Below, one piece after another: positions 36,906 through 47,231 of a stretch of DNA of 64,000 nt; position 1 is the first letter of the stretch; each line of letters starts with the position of its first letter. The notes beneath the pieces were generated by a model that ran no database searches, was not told where the DNA came from, and was given only the letters and a program-made list of their open reading frames with translations. Both the position numbers and the translations under genes were made by a program. Source of the DNA: Bdellovibrionales bacterium (GTDB taxonomy: Bacteria; Bdellovibrionota; Bdellovibrionia; Bdellovibrionales; UBA1609); assembly GCA_965199935.1 (NCBI GenBank), contig CBDATD010000001.1, positions 235,097 through 299,096 of the forward strand. The letters are read 5' to 3'.

Positions 36906-39428
36906 CTAAAAATCAGCTCCCATGCTGAAATGAAACTCAGCTTGGTCCAATTCCAGCCTGTAGCGGTCGGAAATAGGCACTCCTAATTTTAAATTAAGCG
37001 GCCCTATGGGAGTGCTTAACATAACGCCCACACCTGCATCTTTTTTTAAGCGGCTCCAAAAAGCCTGTCGGCTTGCAAATAACTGATGATCAGCGTAGCC
37101 CATATCGAAAAACACCAATCCATAGAAACGAGCCTTTTTCAGCAAAGGAAACTGCATTTCCAAATTGTATAAAAATTTTTGGGATCCCCCATAAGGAACT
37201 TTCTTCTCTTTCCCTGCAACAGAAATGGAGCGGCCGACAGAGTAATACTTATACCCTCTTAAAGAGCGGGCGCCTCCCAGCAAATAAAGCAAATCTACAG
37301 GCACTGAATCTCGATTCAAAGAGTGAACCCATCCATACTGTAGTCTGTTTTTCCACACCACACGCTCTAAAAAATCCATGGCAGAAGAATAAGCAAACGA
37401 CTGAGAAAGAGGAAACAGGGACAGTAAAGTCCTTGTGTTGATGTAGTGGCTGCCCGTCCAGTCCACACGAACCAAATGATTGGAGTCACTCCACTTGTAA
37501 ATATGGTCTGAAGAAATATTTGAAAAAACTCCTTTAGACGGGAATATCCTGTCATCCCGATCATCATACTCAAAGGATATTCCAGCAATATTTCGAATAC
37601 CTGAATATTCCTTGAGCCGAAACGCTGTAATAATAGAATCTTCAAAAGCGCTCAATAGCTGATACTCTAATCCTAATTTAGAAATCACTTTGCTGGTGTT
37701 TGAAAGCCATCGTCCGAAAGTTAAATGGGTTCCTGTCTTTTCAGTAAAGTAAGGCCTCGTATAAGAAACGTCCTCCAGCCCCTTGGAAACAAAGCCTCTA
37801 GCCTTGGAAGCGCCGGATTCTTTAATGCAGTTTTCAATGTATTGAAGTTTGTCCGGCCATTTAGAACCCTTCGGCTCCCCTCTAAATTGAGGGTCTATCA
37901 AACACTGAGTGGCCTTTGTATCCTCAACAAAAACATTCCATCCTAGATACCAATCTGAATCCATCAAACGAGGTTCTATGTACTGCAGATTCAAGAGTAC
38001 AGAAGGTGCATAAGAGTGCTGTGTATTGGCCGCCAGGAGCGTCGTGATAATATTGACTTGAAAACCCACTGTCACTCCTAAACCAAAAATATTCTCCCTT
38101 CTAAATTGACTGTTCAATGTGAAACCCGTTGACGTAGAATAGCCCGCTCCCCCTTGCAGTTCGCCCAACATATCCCGCTCCTGCACCTCCACTTCCAAAT
38201 TCAATTTATCGGAACTCACCGGGTCATTAGTTGTGGCGGCGTTTTCTATATACCCCAGTCTTTGTATGGATTGTTTGGACTCTAAAATACTTGAAGCATT
38301 GTAAAGATCCCCTTCGAAAAATTCCATTTCTCTTCTTAAAACCCGGTCTCGTGTCACAGTATTCCCAGAAATATTAATATGGTTAATATAAACTTTTTCT
38401 CCTTTTTGTATATCTAATAAAAGATGTATCGCTTTTCCTCCCTGAGTAGAGAAACGAGGAATCACATTGGCAAAAGCATACCCTTCATCTCCATATTTTG
38501 TTTGAACAGTCATTAAATCCTTTTGCAGAAAGGAGTATTTAAAAGTGTTTCCTGTTTTAAGAGATAACAATTTTCTTAACTCTACTTTGGAAAAAATCAA
38601 CTCTCCAGAAAAATCTATTTGACCGACTTTGAACTTTTCTCCTTCAGAGATATAGAATGAAATATAAATGCCGTCTTTAGAAGGAGAGAGTGTTACTTGA
38701 GGCTCCTCCACCTTCACATCCATGTACCCTCTATCCATATAGAGGAAGCGTATCAACTGCTGGTCCCGGCTGAGATTTTCTTTCTTATACACACCGGAAT
38801 TTGTAATAAAGCTAAAGATATTTTTTTCTTTATTTGACAGAAAAGACTTCATCACTTTGTCTGAAATATTCTTATTGCCAATAAATAATATCCTCCGAAT
38901 CAAAGCTTTTTTTCCTTCTTGAATATTAATAATTAAATCTATCTTTCCTGCATCCTTCCGGCTTTTTATTTGATAAGACACCGCAGGGAGAAAGTAGCCT
39001 TTCTCCTCATACCCTGTTTTAATATTGGCAATCCCTCTTTGTAATTTTTTAACACTAAGAAATTCATATATTTTCAACTCAGACAATTCTTCTAATTTTT
39101 TCTTGGATAAGACAGAGTTCCCTTTGTACACAATGGAGTTGATTTGAGGTTTTTCCTTCACTTTAAAAACAATGATGAGCCGCCCCCGTCGGATTTTTGA
39201 GCGAACGGAAATATGCTCAAAATAACCCATATCATAGAGGCGCTGTACATCTTGAATCACTGTAGAATCGCGAAAACGAGATCCTTTTTTTGTTCTCAAC
39301 TGAGCTTGAATAGCTGATTTTCCTATCGTTTGATTTCCCACAATGTCCACTCTCCGCACAAGCTTAGAGAACGCACAGGAGGGAAAAATCAGAAAATACA
39401 AACTCATTGACAGCAAAAAAAACTTCAC
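36906..39428 (-). CDS. bamA: Outer-membrane protein assembly factor BamA
   Basis: 840 aa. It has a signal peptide, POTRA repeats (..RRVDIVGNQTI.., ..IRRILFIGNKNISD.., ..INHINISGNTVTRD..) and a C-terminal beta-barrel ending ..FHFSMGADF. Confidence 0.9.
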   Translation of the reverse strand: MKFFLLSMSLYFLIFPSCAFSKLVRRVDIVGNQTIGKSAIQAQLRTKKGSRFRDSTVIQDVQRLYDMGYFEHISVRSKIRRGRLIIVFKVKEKPQINSIVYKGNSVLSKKKLEELSELKIYEFLSVKKLQRGIANIKTGYEEKGYFLPAVSYQIKSRKDAGKIDLIINIQEGKKALIRRILFIGNKNISDKVMKSFLSNKEKNIFSFITNSGVYKKENLSRDQQLIRFLYMDRGYMDVKVEEPQVTLSPSKDGIYISFYISEGEKFKVGQIDFSGELIFSKVELRKLLSLKTGNTFKYSFLQKDLMTVQTKYGDEGYAFANVIPRFSTQGGKAIHLLLDIQKGEKVYINHINISGNTVTRDRVLRREMEFFEGDLYNASSILESKQSIQRLGYIENAATTNDPVSSDKLNLEVEVQERDMLGELQGGAGYSTSTGFTLNSQFRRENIFGLGVTVGFQVNIITTLLAANTQHSYAPSVLLNLQYIEPRLMDSDWYLGWNVFVEDTKATQCLIDPQFRGEPKGSKWPDKLQYIENCIKESGASKARGFVSKGLEDVSYTRPYFTEKTGTHLTFGRWLSNTSKVISKLGLEYQLLSAFEDSIITAFRLKEYSGIRNIAGISFEYDDRDDRIFPSKGVFSNISSDHIYKWSDSNHLVRVDWTGSHYINTRTLLSLFPLSQSFAYSSAMDFLERVVWKNRLQYGWVHSLNRDSVPVDLLYLLGGARSLRGYKYYSVGRSISVAGKEKKVPYGGSQKFLYNLEMQFPLLKKARFYGLVFFDMGYADHQLFASRQAFWSRLKKDAGVGVMLSTPIGPLNLKLGVPISDRYRLELDQAEFHFSMGADF

Positions 39429-40099
39429 TTATTCACCCACCGGCCGTCTTTCATGGTCAAAACTGTTGGAAACGGATTAGAAAATAATGGATCGTGGCTA
39501 ACAGCAATTAATGTCAAATTCAACCGCTCCCTCATTTCAAAAAGAATATCCAAAATCTTCATTGAATTGTCAGTATCCAAGGCTCCTGTAGGTTCGTCCA
39601 CCAATAAAATTTCTGGTTGATTCATTAAAGCTCTGGCCAAAGCCGTCCGCTGTTTCTCCCCCCCGCTCAATTCACTGGGAAAATGCTTCCATCTATGACT
39701 TAAATTTAAAAGATCCATTAAGTGTTCAGCGCTTTCTTTGGACTGCTGAATACTTTTTCCAGCCGCCTGACCGGCAATCATAATATTTTCTATCATGTTA
39801 AACTCATTGAGCAAGTAGTGAAACTGAAACACAAAACCTAGTTTTTGAGATCGAAATTTTGCTCTTTCTTCTTCCACCGCATGCGATAAATCTATATCCT
39901 TGTAAAAAACACTGCCGGAAGTGGATGGCTCCAAGGTTCCTAAAATATGCAAAAATGTACTTTTACCGGCTCCAGAAGGCCCTGCGATGCAAACGGCCTC
40001 TCCTTTCTTGACTTGAATGTCTAAACCTTTCAACACTTTTAGAATCTCTTTGCCTTGACCAAATTCTTTATAAACTGACATTGCTTTTAATAAGTGCAT
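39425..40099 (-). CDS. ABC transporter ATP-binding protein (LolD/MacB-type)
   Basis: 224 aa. It has Walker A GPSGAGKST, the signature LSGGEKQR and Walker B LLVDEPT. Its stop overlaps the bamA start. Confidence 0.8.
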   Translation of the reverse strand: MHLLKAMSVYKEFGQGKEILKVLKGLDIQVKKGEAVCIAGPSGAGKSTFLHILGTLEPSTSGSVFYKDIDLSHAVEEERAKFRSQKLGFVFQFHYLLNEFNMIENIMIAGQAAGKSIQQSKESAEHLMDLLNLSHRWKHFPSELSGGEKQRTALARALMNQPEILLVDEPTGALDTDNSMKILDILFEMRERLNLTLIAVSHDPLFSNPFPTVLTMKDGRWVNK

Positions 40100-40119
40100 A
40101 AGGCGGCTCTCTTATAAAA

Positions 40120-41067
40120 TTATTTTACTTCAGTCAAAGGCTCTTCTTGAGACTGATCTTCTGAAGACTCTTTCTCTTTAAAATCCATTGTCAAAAGAGG
40201 TTCGGCCTGATGAAGCTCATAAATAAAATCACGATCTGATACAATCGCTTGAACTTTTCTTTCAGTGGTTTTTTGTATTTTTAACGTCCATGGATCTTTG
40301 CCGGCCTCTCTAAAAATTGTTATTTCCAAGTCAGGATTTAAGAAAGGCTGTTTCTTCTTATTTGAAAAATGAGAAATCATATTTCCCTTTAACAAATCTA
40401 TAAGATCTTCTACAGCCTTTTGAGAGAGAGATTCTTTCAAACTCCACTGCCACTTTCCATCCTTTTGAATAAATTCATAACTCTCCTTGGACTTCCTGTA
40501 AGATAATTTTTCAAAACCCCCTTTCTGAGAATACAGGGCTTTACTTCGATAAGAGTTTGTCCAAGGTCTCGACAGGTGATCCCATTTGGAAGAGCCTATG
40601 AAAAGTTTTTGATCCTTTTTAATATAAAACTTTCCGTCAAAACTAGGCTCACCGCCGATGCCTATAGTCCATCGCCGGCCTGTGCTGTACAAACTTAAGT
40701 TTGCAAAAGGAGGATCCAAGTCATAATCCGACCACTTCACATTTTTTTCTAAAAGCGATTGTGCAGACTCATCAAATAAATCCTCTATCAGACCTTCTAC
40801 CACCGAGGGGTCCGCAAGATCATTCACAGGCTGAATCAACTTCCACCTGCCTTCTTTTTTTTCTAAAATCAATCGAGAACCGTCTTGTTTAATTAAAGAC
40901 AGCTTTGTAATATCTTTTGGTTCTCCATTCTTAAAAATAAGAGCTTTTTGTTTTTGTAATTCTTCTTTTTCTTTACTCCTGCGGTATTCAAAAACAGCCA
41001 AAGCAAACAGCAGTCCGGCGATGCACAATAAAAACAGACGCATATAAAGAGATGACTTCACGCCCAA
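40120..41067 (-). CDS. DUF4340-like protein (usual partner of GldG-type ABC auxiliaries)
   Basis: 315 aa with an N-terminal anchor. It follows the GldG-like gene with a 10-nt overlap. The family call is by context and memory. Confidence 0.5.
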   Translation of the reverse strand: MGVKSSLYMRLFLLCIAGLLFALAVFEYRRSKEKEELQKQKALIFKNGEPKDITKLSLIKQDGSRLILEKKEGRWKLIQPVNDLADPSVVEGLIEDLFDESAQSLLEKNVKWSDYDLDPPFANLSLYSTGRRWTIGIGGEPSFDGKFYIKKDQKLFIGSSKWDHLSRPWTNSYRSKALYSQKGGFEKLSYRKSKESYEFIQKDGKWQWSLKESLSQKAVEDLIDLLKGNMISHFSNKKKQPFLNPDLEITIFREAGKDPWTLKIQKTTERKVQAIVSDRDFIYELHQAEPLLTMDFKEKESSEDQSQEEPLTEVK

Positions 41068-42653
41068 TTCCTACGAACCCACATAAACACAGCACAAATA
41101 AAGAAACTCAAAGGAAGTAAAAAAGAAATGACAAGCAAAAGCAATTTATGGTTTTGAGTCAGCACCATACGAGTTCCCTTAGGCTGTTTAGGGCGGATAT
41201 TTAATAAATTTTCCCGATCTGCAAGATAGGAAATCACATTAAGGGCTATATCTCTGTGGACGCCTATATTCAATAAGCTATTGGTGAGAAAATTGCTGTC
41301 CCCAAAAATGACAGCGGCAAAATGATCTTCTTGTTCTTGTCCTTGTTTTTGTTCCTTTTCTTGTTCACTTTTTTTCTTTACCGCATCCGTTTTTTGTTCT
41401 TCGACCGCTACAGCCAATATAAAAGATTGTTGTTTTTCTTGAGAAGGCGCGGTGTCTAAAGAAGAAAGGGTGAAACCGCTCACAGAATGAATCAAAGGAG
41501 AGATTTTTACGTGTACCGGCTCTTCAAAAGTAATTTGACTGACCTCATCAAAAATAGAAGTGAATCTGCCCATAATTTGAGCAAAATCTTTTGTGATTAA
41601 ATGATTCACGTTATAATCACGCCCCATAACTGAAGTATTGCTTTTACCCACCAGTGACGAGATCGGACTGATGATAAAGTTATTTTTGAAATTTACGTGA
41701 AGCGTTTCCTTCAAGAAAGGAGCCAAGTTGTGATTCACCCCTGGATCCAAGGCAATAAAAACCCTGCCGTTTCTTTGAATATACTCTTTAATCCATTCCA
41801 TTTCCCGCTGAAAAAAAGGCTTGGACGGCCCTAAAATCATAAGGGCGGAGGCATCTTCAGGAACCCCTCCTTTTTTTTCAATAAAATTCCATTCCATAAC
41901 ATTAAAAGAGGCGTCCTCCAAAGCTGAAGAAAAAACAGACAGCCCTTGAGCATGATCGGCAAACATCTCCCTTTCACCATGCCCAGAGGTAAAATAAATA
42001 TTTTGATTCACTCTTCTGGAAACCTGGATTAAAGCAGACAAAATAGAACGCTCATCAATAGGCTCTTCAATACGCACTTTCTTTGACTGATATTCCACAA
42101 AGATAAATACATCCCTGTCGTTCTTGTCTGAAAGGGATTCCAGGTATTTTCTTGCCAATGAATTATTCAAGTGGGCGTCAATATATTGAAATTGAATGCG
42201 GGGGGCGTTTTGTTTATAAATTTTTAAATATCTATCCAACTCATTTTTTGCCGGCAGGCTTTGCCTTCCCTTATAAAATACTGTCAGTTTAATATCTTCC
42301 ATAGACTCCAAAACGCTTACAGTCTGATCTGAAAGTGAATGAAGCCCCTCTTCCGTTAAATCAAACGCCTTGTCAAAACGGGTTGTTAAATAGGCGAGAG
42401 AAGCCAGAAGAACAATGACAATCAAAAGAGTGAAGCCTACACCCAGCCCGTCTTTAGTTGTTTTCAATGTGAACAGAGACCAATAGGTTCGAGCGTCCAA
42501 AGCAGCGCCTAGAACAAGACTGATAAAGAACATTCCCAGAGGCCACCATAGAAAAGGCGCCCAGCCGCCTAAAAAAGCTCGAGCTGTCAACAAAGTTAAT
42601 AGAGAAACAGCACTAATAATTAAAGCGCCTCTGGACATCCACTTTACAGACAT
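41058..42653 (-). CDS. GldG-like ABC-transport auxiliary component
   Basis: 531 aa. It has N-terminal TM segments, a large periplasmic domain and a C-terminal TM anchor. This is the usual architecture downstream of an ABC-2 permease. Confidence 0.6.
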   Translation of the reverse strand: MSVKWMSRGALIISAVSLLTLLTARAFLGGWAPFLWWPLGMFFISLVLGAALDARTYWSLFTLKTTKDGLGVGFTLLIVIVLLASLAYLTTRFDKAFDLTEEGLHSLSDQTVSVLESMEDIKLTVFYKGRQSLPAKNELDRYLKIYKQNAPRIQFQYIDAHLNNSLARKYLESLSDKNDRDVFIFVEYQSKKVRIEEPIDERSILSALIQVSRRVNQNIYFTSGHGEREMFADHAQGLSVFSSALEDASFNVMEWNFIEKKGGVPEDASALMILGPSKPFFQREMEWIKEYIQRNGRVFIALDPGVNHNLAPFLKETLHVNFKNNFIISPISSLVGKSNTSVMGRDYNVNHLITKDFAQIMGRFTSIFDEVSQITFEEPVHVKISPLIHSVSGFTLSSLDTAPSQEKQQSFILAVAVEEQKTDAVKKKSEQEKEQKQGQEQEDHFAAVIFGDSNFLTNSLLNIGVHRDIALNVISYLADRENLLNIRPKQPKGTRMVLTQNHKLLLLVISFLLPLSFFICAVFMWVRRNWA

Positions 42654-42657
42654 AAAC

Positions 42658-43467
42658 TTATCTCCACCTTAAAACATCAATCACTTTCACAGTTAAAAAA
42701 ATGATAAAAGAAATCACAATAACAAAAAAACAAAAAGAGCTTGTCACAAATTTACCCATCACAAACTGTTCAAAATGAGATGGAATATTTAGATAATCCA
42801 TGACAGAAACAAAAACAGGGCTGTCAATAACATCCTTTAGTTGATTGGTCACAATCCATATAAAAACATTAAACACAACTCCTAAAATCGTACTCAACAC
42901 AACAGAAGAACTCAAAGAAGAAGCTAAAATCCCCAGGGAAACATAAACAGCTGTTAAGAGAGCCAGCCCCAGGTAAGAAAGAAGAGGCAAAGTCCAATTG
43001 AAATCAGCAAAAAATGAAGTCATCAAAATATAGAGAAAAGAAACGAGAATAATAATAAAAGAACACTGATAAGCCGCTAAGAATTTGCCTATTACGATTT
43101 GAGTGGACGTAAGAGGGGCTGAAAGAAGCAAGTCAAACGTCTTTAATTTCCTTTCTTCAGCAAAAAGCTTCATGGTCACAGCCGGTACAATAAACAACAG
43201 CATGAGATTCACCTGAGCCAACAAAGAAAAAAACACGTAGTAATGAATATTCATGCCGCCTCCCTCTTGAGCCATCTGGACAGGCATATTCATACTTTGA
43301 CTGGCAAAAGTGATGAGGGAGCGGACGTACATAAAACTCCAAAAAAAACAACTCACTCCCAAGATGATAAAAAACATAGGGCTGGATATGATTTGGAAAA
43401 AATCTTTTTTTGCAATGGACATCGTTTGTCTGGTTTGCACCCCTAAACTCTTAAAAAAAGACATCAC
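42658..43467 (-). CDS. ABC-2 type permease (GldF-like)
   Basis: 269 aa with 6 hydrophobic segments, translationally coupled to the upstream ATPase. Confidence 0.7.
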   Translation of the reverse strand: MMSFFKSLGVQTRQTMSIAKKDFFQIISSPMFFIILGVSCFFWSFMYVRSLITFASQSMNMPVQMAQEGGGMNIHYYVFFSLLAQVNLMLLFIVPAVTMKLFAEERKLKTFDLLLSAPLTSTQIVIGKFLAAYQCSFIIILVSFLYILMTSFFADFNWTLPLLSYLGLALLTAVYVSLGILASSLSSSVVLSTILGVVFNVFIWIVTNQLKDVIDSPVFVSVMDYLNIPSHFEQFVMGKFVTSSFCFFVIVISFIIFLTVKVIDVLRWR

Positions 43468-44399
43468 TTTAGACCCTCTTCTTGGGATTTGGTGATATGA
43501 ATAAATACATCTTCCAAATTGAATTTATTTTCTTTCAACTCCAAAAGCCCGGCGCCGGCGTCAATCACCTTGCGAGCTGTCAAATCATTGATATTTTCTG
43601 CTCCAGAATCCACGAAGATACTGTAAACACCCCGGGCCTCCTCCTGCACTTCCTTCACTCCGCTCAGCGACCTCAATTGGCTGAGTAAATGAGAGGACGC
43701 CCTTTCCACGCGGAGAGATAAACTTTTTCTTTGCATCTGCTGTTTCAGTTCAGACAGCCTGCCTGTGACTGCAATTTTTCCCTGATGAATAATGATAACC
43801 CTCTCACAGTTGGCCTCCACCTCCGGCAAAATATGAGTGGATAAAATCACCGTATGATGATGTTTAAGATCATTGATTAATCCTCTGATTTCTACGACCT
43901 GAGCGGGGTCCAAACCCACTGTCGGCTCGTCTAAAATTAAAACATCCGGGTCATTCATTAGGGCCTGAGCAATGCCCACCCTTTGTCGATAGCCTTTAGA
44001 GAGATTTTGTATTAAACGCCGCCGAACTTCATTCAAACCTGTTTTTTGAATACAAGATTGAATTTGCTCTTTGAGTTGGTGAACCGGGCATCTTTTAATA
44101 CACCCCGCATATTTCAGATAATCTTCAACATACATATCCTCATAAAGAGGAGGTATTTCCGGTAAATAACCAATTCGCGCTTTTGTCTGAATGGGGTGGT
44201 CAAAAACATCCTTACCGGCAATTTCGACGGATCCCGAAGAGGGGGCTAGACACCCTGTTAAAATACGCATGGCCGTCGTTTTACCGGCTCCATTAGGACC
44301 TAGAAAGCCAACCACCTCACCAGAGTCCACAGAAAAACTAACTTGATCCAAAGCCAGCCTGTCCCCGTATTTCTTGGTTAAATTCTGAACTTTAATCAT
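43464..44399 (-). CDS. ABC transporter ATP-binding protein (GldA-like)
   Basis: 311 aa. It has Walker A GPNGAGKTT, the signature LSKGYRQR and Walker B LILDEPT. Confidence 0.8.
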   Translation of the reverse strand: MIKVQNLTKKYGDRLALDQVSFSVDSGEVVGFLGPNGAGKTTAMRILTGCLAPSSGSVEIAGKDVFDHPIQTKARIGYLPEIPPLYEDMYVEDYLKYAGCIKRCPVHQLKEQIQSCIQKTGLNEVRRRLIQNLSKGYRQRVGIAQALMNDPDVLILDEPTVGLDPAQVVEIRGLINDLKHHHTVILSTHILPEVEANCERVIIIHQGKIAVTGRLSELKQQMQRKSLSLRVERASSHLLSQLRSLSGVKEVQEEARGVYSIFVDSGAENINDLTARKVIDAGAGLLELKENKFNLEDVFIHITKSQEEGLK

Positions 44400-44496
44400 T
44401 CTCTAACCCATCTTTATTTTTATCAAAGACGGTCATCTTAACTAATTTTCAAGGGGTTGATCAAGCAGATATTTTTTGTATGAGCTATTGCCGGCG

Positions 44497-46002
44497 TTAT
44501 TCTGGGATGTTGATTTTACGACCCACTCTTAATATGGATTTAAAAGTCAAAGAATTTTTTTTCATGAGAGCCACCAAGGGGACTTTGTATTTTTTTGCAA
44601 TAGTAATGAGAGTGTCTCCTCTTCTCACAACATGAACTTTGCTGTTTTTTACAGAGGGATCGGGAGCTTTGATCCTTAAAATTTGCCTGGGATGAATGAT
44701 AGAGCCGGGCAAATTATTCCAGACCCTAATTTGGGCCGCCGCCACGCCATAACGCCTGGCAATGCGTCCTAAACTTTCCCCCCTCCTCACCTTGTGATAC
44801 TTCTTGGACTTGTTTGTTTTGGCAAGAGAGCGGGAGGCGTACCGATGAGGGAGTCTGATCACCTGTCCGGCTCTTAGTCTTTTTCTAGAGGAAAAACCGT
44901 TCATGCGCGCAATTGTATTGACTGTTGTACGGTTTCTGCGAGCTAACTTGAACAAGCTGTCCCCCCACCTAACCTTATAGTACACATAAGTTTTAGAATA
45001 TTTTGGACGGCTCATCACAGAGGCTGTCAGCACCGTTTTGGTCGCTTTTTCAGAAAAGCCTGAAGGCACCCTCAGCACCGTTGTTTTTGTCTTCTCCAAA
45101 GGAACGTACTCTGTCACGTACTTGGGATTCAGCAAACGCAAATCTTCATATTTTATGGACAAATTTTGAGCCAGTTTTTTTAAGCTGACCGGCTGATGTA
45201 TCGCAACAGATTCAAACTGAATGGGAGCCTGATAGCTCAAATCATGAAAACCATACTGTTTTGGATTTTGCGCAATTAGGTAGGCCGCCATAAATTTTGG
45301 CACATATTCGCGGGTTTCTCTGGGAATACTCCTATTGTTTCTCAAACTCCAAAAATCACGAGTGTAGTGCTTCATCATAGCGCGGTTCACTCGGTACTCT
45401 CCGGCATTGTAAGAAGCCATTGCCAAATACCAAGAGCCAAATAGAGAGTACAAGTCCTTTAAGTACTCTCCCGCCGCCTTCGTTGAAAGCAGGGGGTCTC
45501 TTCTCTCATCTATAAAATGATCTACTTTTAAGCCGTAGCGGCGGCCTGTGGGTTCGATAAACTGCCAGTAGCCTACAGCTTGAGCGCGGCTTCGCGCTCT
45601 TGGGCTAAAACCGGATTCAATCATGGCTACATAAATCAACTTATCCGGCAGTCCTGATTCTCTTAAAACAGAACGCATCAGCCTCATATAGCGTGTGGAG
45701 CGCTCAAGATACAGTTTCATGTTATCTCGGCCCCTTCCCGTAAAATATTGAATCCATAGATCTACTTCAGGTCTCTTCTCAATCACCACATCCTCATAAG
45801 ACTTTTGATGATCGTAAGGGATAGAGAGTTTTTCCTCTTCCTGTGCTGTCTGCTGTTGTGAAAGTATTTGAGTGTTTTCAGCAGAGTCTGGAGAACGCAG
45901 TTTCACGTCTGGTTCAGAATTCAACCGGTTCGGAGAAGTATGCTGACAGGCCGTACAGAAAACTAAAAAAACAAAATATTTTTTCATTAGTGTTGTCCTC
46001 AT
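44497..46002 (-). CDS. Membrane-bound lytic murein transglycosylase with three LysM domains (MltD-like)
   Basis: 501 aa. It has the SLT core ..MIESGFSPRARSRAQAVGYWQFIEPTG.. and three LysM repeats (YKVRWGDSLFKLAR, HKVRRGESLGRIAR, HVVRRGDTLITIAK). Confidence 0.8.
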   Translation of the reverse strand: MRTTLMKKYFVFLVFCTACQHTSPNRLNSEPDVKLRSPDSAENTQILSQQQTAQEEEKLSIPYDHQKSYEDVVIEKRPEVDLWIQYFTGRGRDNMKLYLERSTRYMRLMRSVLRESGLPDKLIYVAMIESGFSPRARSRAQAVGYWQFIEPTGRRYGLKVDHFIDERRDPLLSTKAAGEYLKDLYSLFGSWYLAMASYNAGEYRVNRAMMKHYTRDFWSLRNNRSIPRETREYVPKFMAAYLIAQNPKQYGFHDLSYQAPIQFESVAIHQPVSLKKLAQNLSIKYEDLRLLNPKYVTEYVPLEKTKTTVLRVPSGFSEKATKTVLTASVMSRPKYSKTYVYYKVRWGDSLFKLARRNRTTVNTIARMNGFSSRKRLRAGQVIRLPHRYASRSLAKTNKSKKYHKVRRGESLGRIARRYGVAAAQIRVWNNLPGSIIHPRQILRIKAPDPSVKNSKVHVVRRGDTLITIAKKYKVPLVALMKKNSLTFKSILRVGRKINIPE

Positions 46003-46329
46003 CTAATTCTTTTCTATTATCGGCAGTTTTACCGCGGTCATGTAATTAAAACAAATAAACAAGTCCTGTATTTTAGGGCCTTTTCCGCTGTTTTTAAAGA
46101 GAAAAGAGTACAAATCCCAGACTATTTATTTTACCCCCGGCAAAGACATCGCGCCTGCACACTTAAGGAAGGCATACAGACAGAGTTTCAAAAGAGTTCA
46201 AATTTGGAGCAGTGCGACTGAATAACTGTGAGTGATAACGCCGTCAAACCAGCGGTCAGGTATGCGGGCTGAGTGATACCAGAAACAGTCTTGGGAGAGG
46301 AAGTCCTGCTCCAAAAACATAAGACGCAC

Positions 46330-47118
46330 CTATTTCAACAAACGATGGTAGCGGTCCAAGGTGCATTCCAGGCCGTCATACAAGGATTCGCAAATAAAAG
46401 CATGACCAACGGAAACCTCCTGAATCAGGGGAACTGCTTTAAGTAATTTTTTCAAATTCTTTTGGTTTAAGTCATGCCCTGCATTGATTCCAATTCCAAT
46501 TTTATGTATCTTCTCAGACAAACCCCTATAGACCCTCAAAATTTCTAAACACCCCTCACTGAACAGCCTATCTTCCATTTGACCCTCCAACAAGGAAGGC
46601 TCCTTTTGACCGGCACAGTCAAAAGCCTGCGCCCATTTTCCCGTGTAAAATTCCACACGGTCCGGCTTTAACCCCTGCAAACAATTCAAATCCACACATA
46701 GAGGATCTATAAAAATGGAAGATCTAATGTTTAAATTTTTTAAAAAAAACAATACTTTTTCCACAACGGAGAAGTGCTTTTTCAAATCCCAGCCCTGGTC
46801 AGAGGTTAAAGCCTCTGGAGGATCCGGCACCAGAGTGCATTGATGAGGACGTGTTTTTTGAATGAGATCTAAAAATTTTTCACTGGGGTACCCTTCTACA
46901 TTAAATTCAACAGGGGAATGTTTTTGGACACACTGAGCAATATCCTGAACATCCTGGTATAAGATGTGGCGGCCGTCCGGCCGGGGGTGTACAGTAATCC
47001 CCCAAACTCCAAATTGAATCAAATCTTCAACCATTTGAATGAGGCAGGGCTTATTGCCGCCGCGGGAATTTCTTAAAACACCAGCTTTGTTGACATTCAC
47101 GCTTAATTTTACAGCCAT
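46330..47118 (-). CDS. pdxJ: Pyridoxine 5'-phosphate synthase
   Basis: It starts MAVKLSVNVNKAGVLRNSRGG.. and has ITVHPRPDGRHI. The internal ATG 47118 is preferred over the ORF-track start. Confidence 0.8.
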   Translation of the reverse strand: MAVKLSVNVNKAGVLRNSRGGNKPCLIQMVEDLIQFGVWGITVHPRPDGRHILYQDVQDIAQCVQKHSPVEFNVEGYPSEKFLDLIQKTRPHQCTLVPDPPEALTSDQGWDLKKHFSVVEKVLFFLKNLNIRSSIFIDPLCVDLNCLQGLKPDRVEFYTGKWAQAFDCAGQKEPSLLEGQMEDRLFSEGCLEILRVYRGLSEKIHKIGIGINAGHDLNQKNLKKLLKAVPLIQEVSVGHAFICESLYDGLECTLDRYHRLLK

Positions 47119-47231
47119 TGAACAATCCTCAAAATGACTATTGACTTTCAAATCCGGCTTCACCATACAAAAAAGATCCGATGGTTGTAACACATTTGAA
47201 CAAAAGGAAATACCTAAAAAAGGTTTTGAGA

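Noticed and set aside
46295-46312. GAGAGGAAGTCCTGCTCC resembles the RNase P RNA conserved region I (GAGGAAAGUCCGGGCUC). GATAACGCC and CAGAAACAG nearby recall other RNase P conserved stretches.
   Set aside because: The motifs are in the wrong order for RNase P RNA. An RNA starting here would have to run ~300 nt into the well-supported pdxJ coding region on the opposite strand. No complementary P4 partner strand was found.
47185-47202. TTGTAACA-CAT-TTGAACA is an 11-nt phased direct repeat upstream of pstS, reminiscent of a Pho box.
   Set aside because: It ends only ~30 nt before the pstS ATG. This leaves no room for a -10 element, a transcription start and an RBS-containing leader. The match to the enterobacterial consensus is loose, and consensus transfer to this lineage is unproven.
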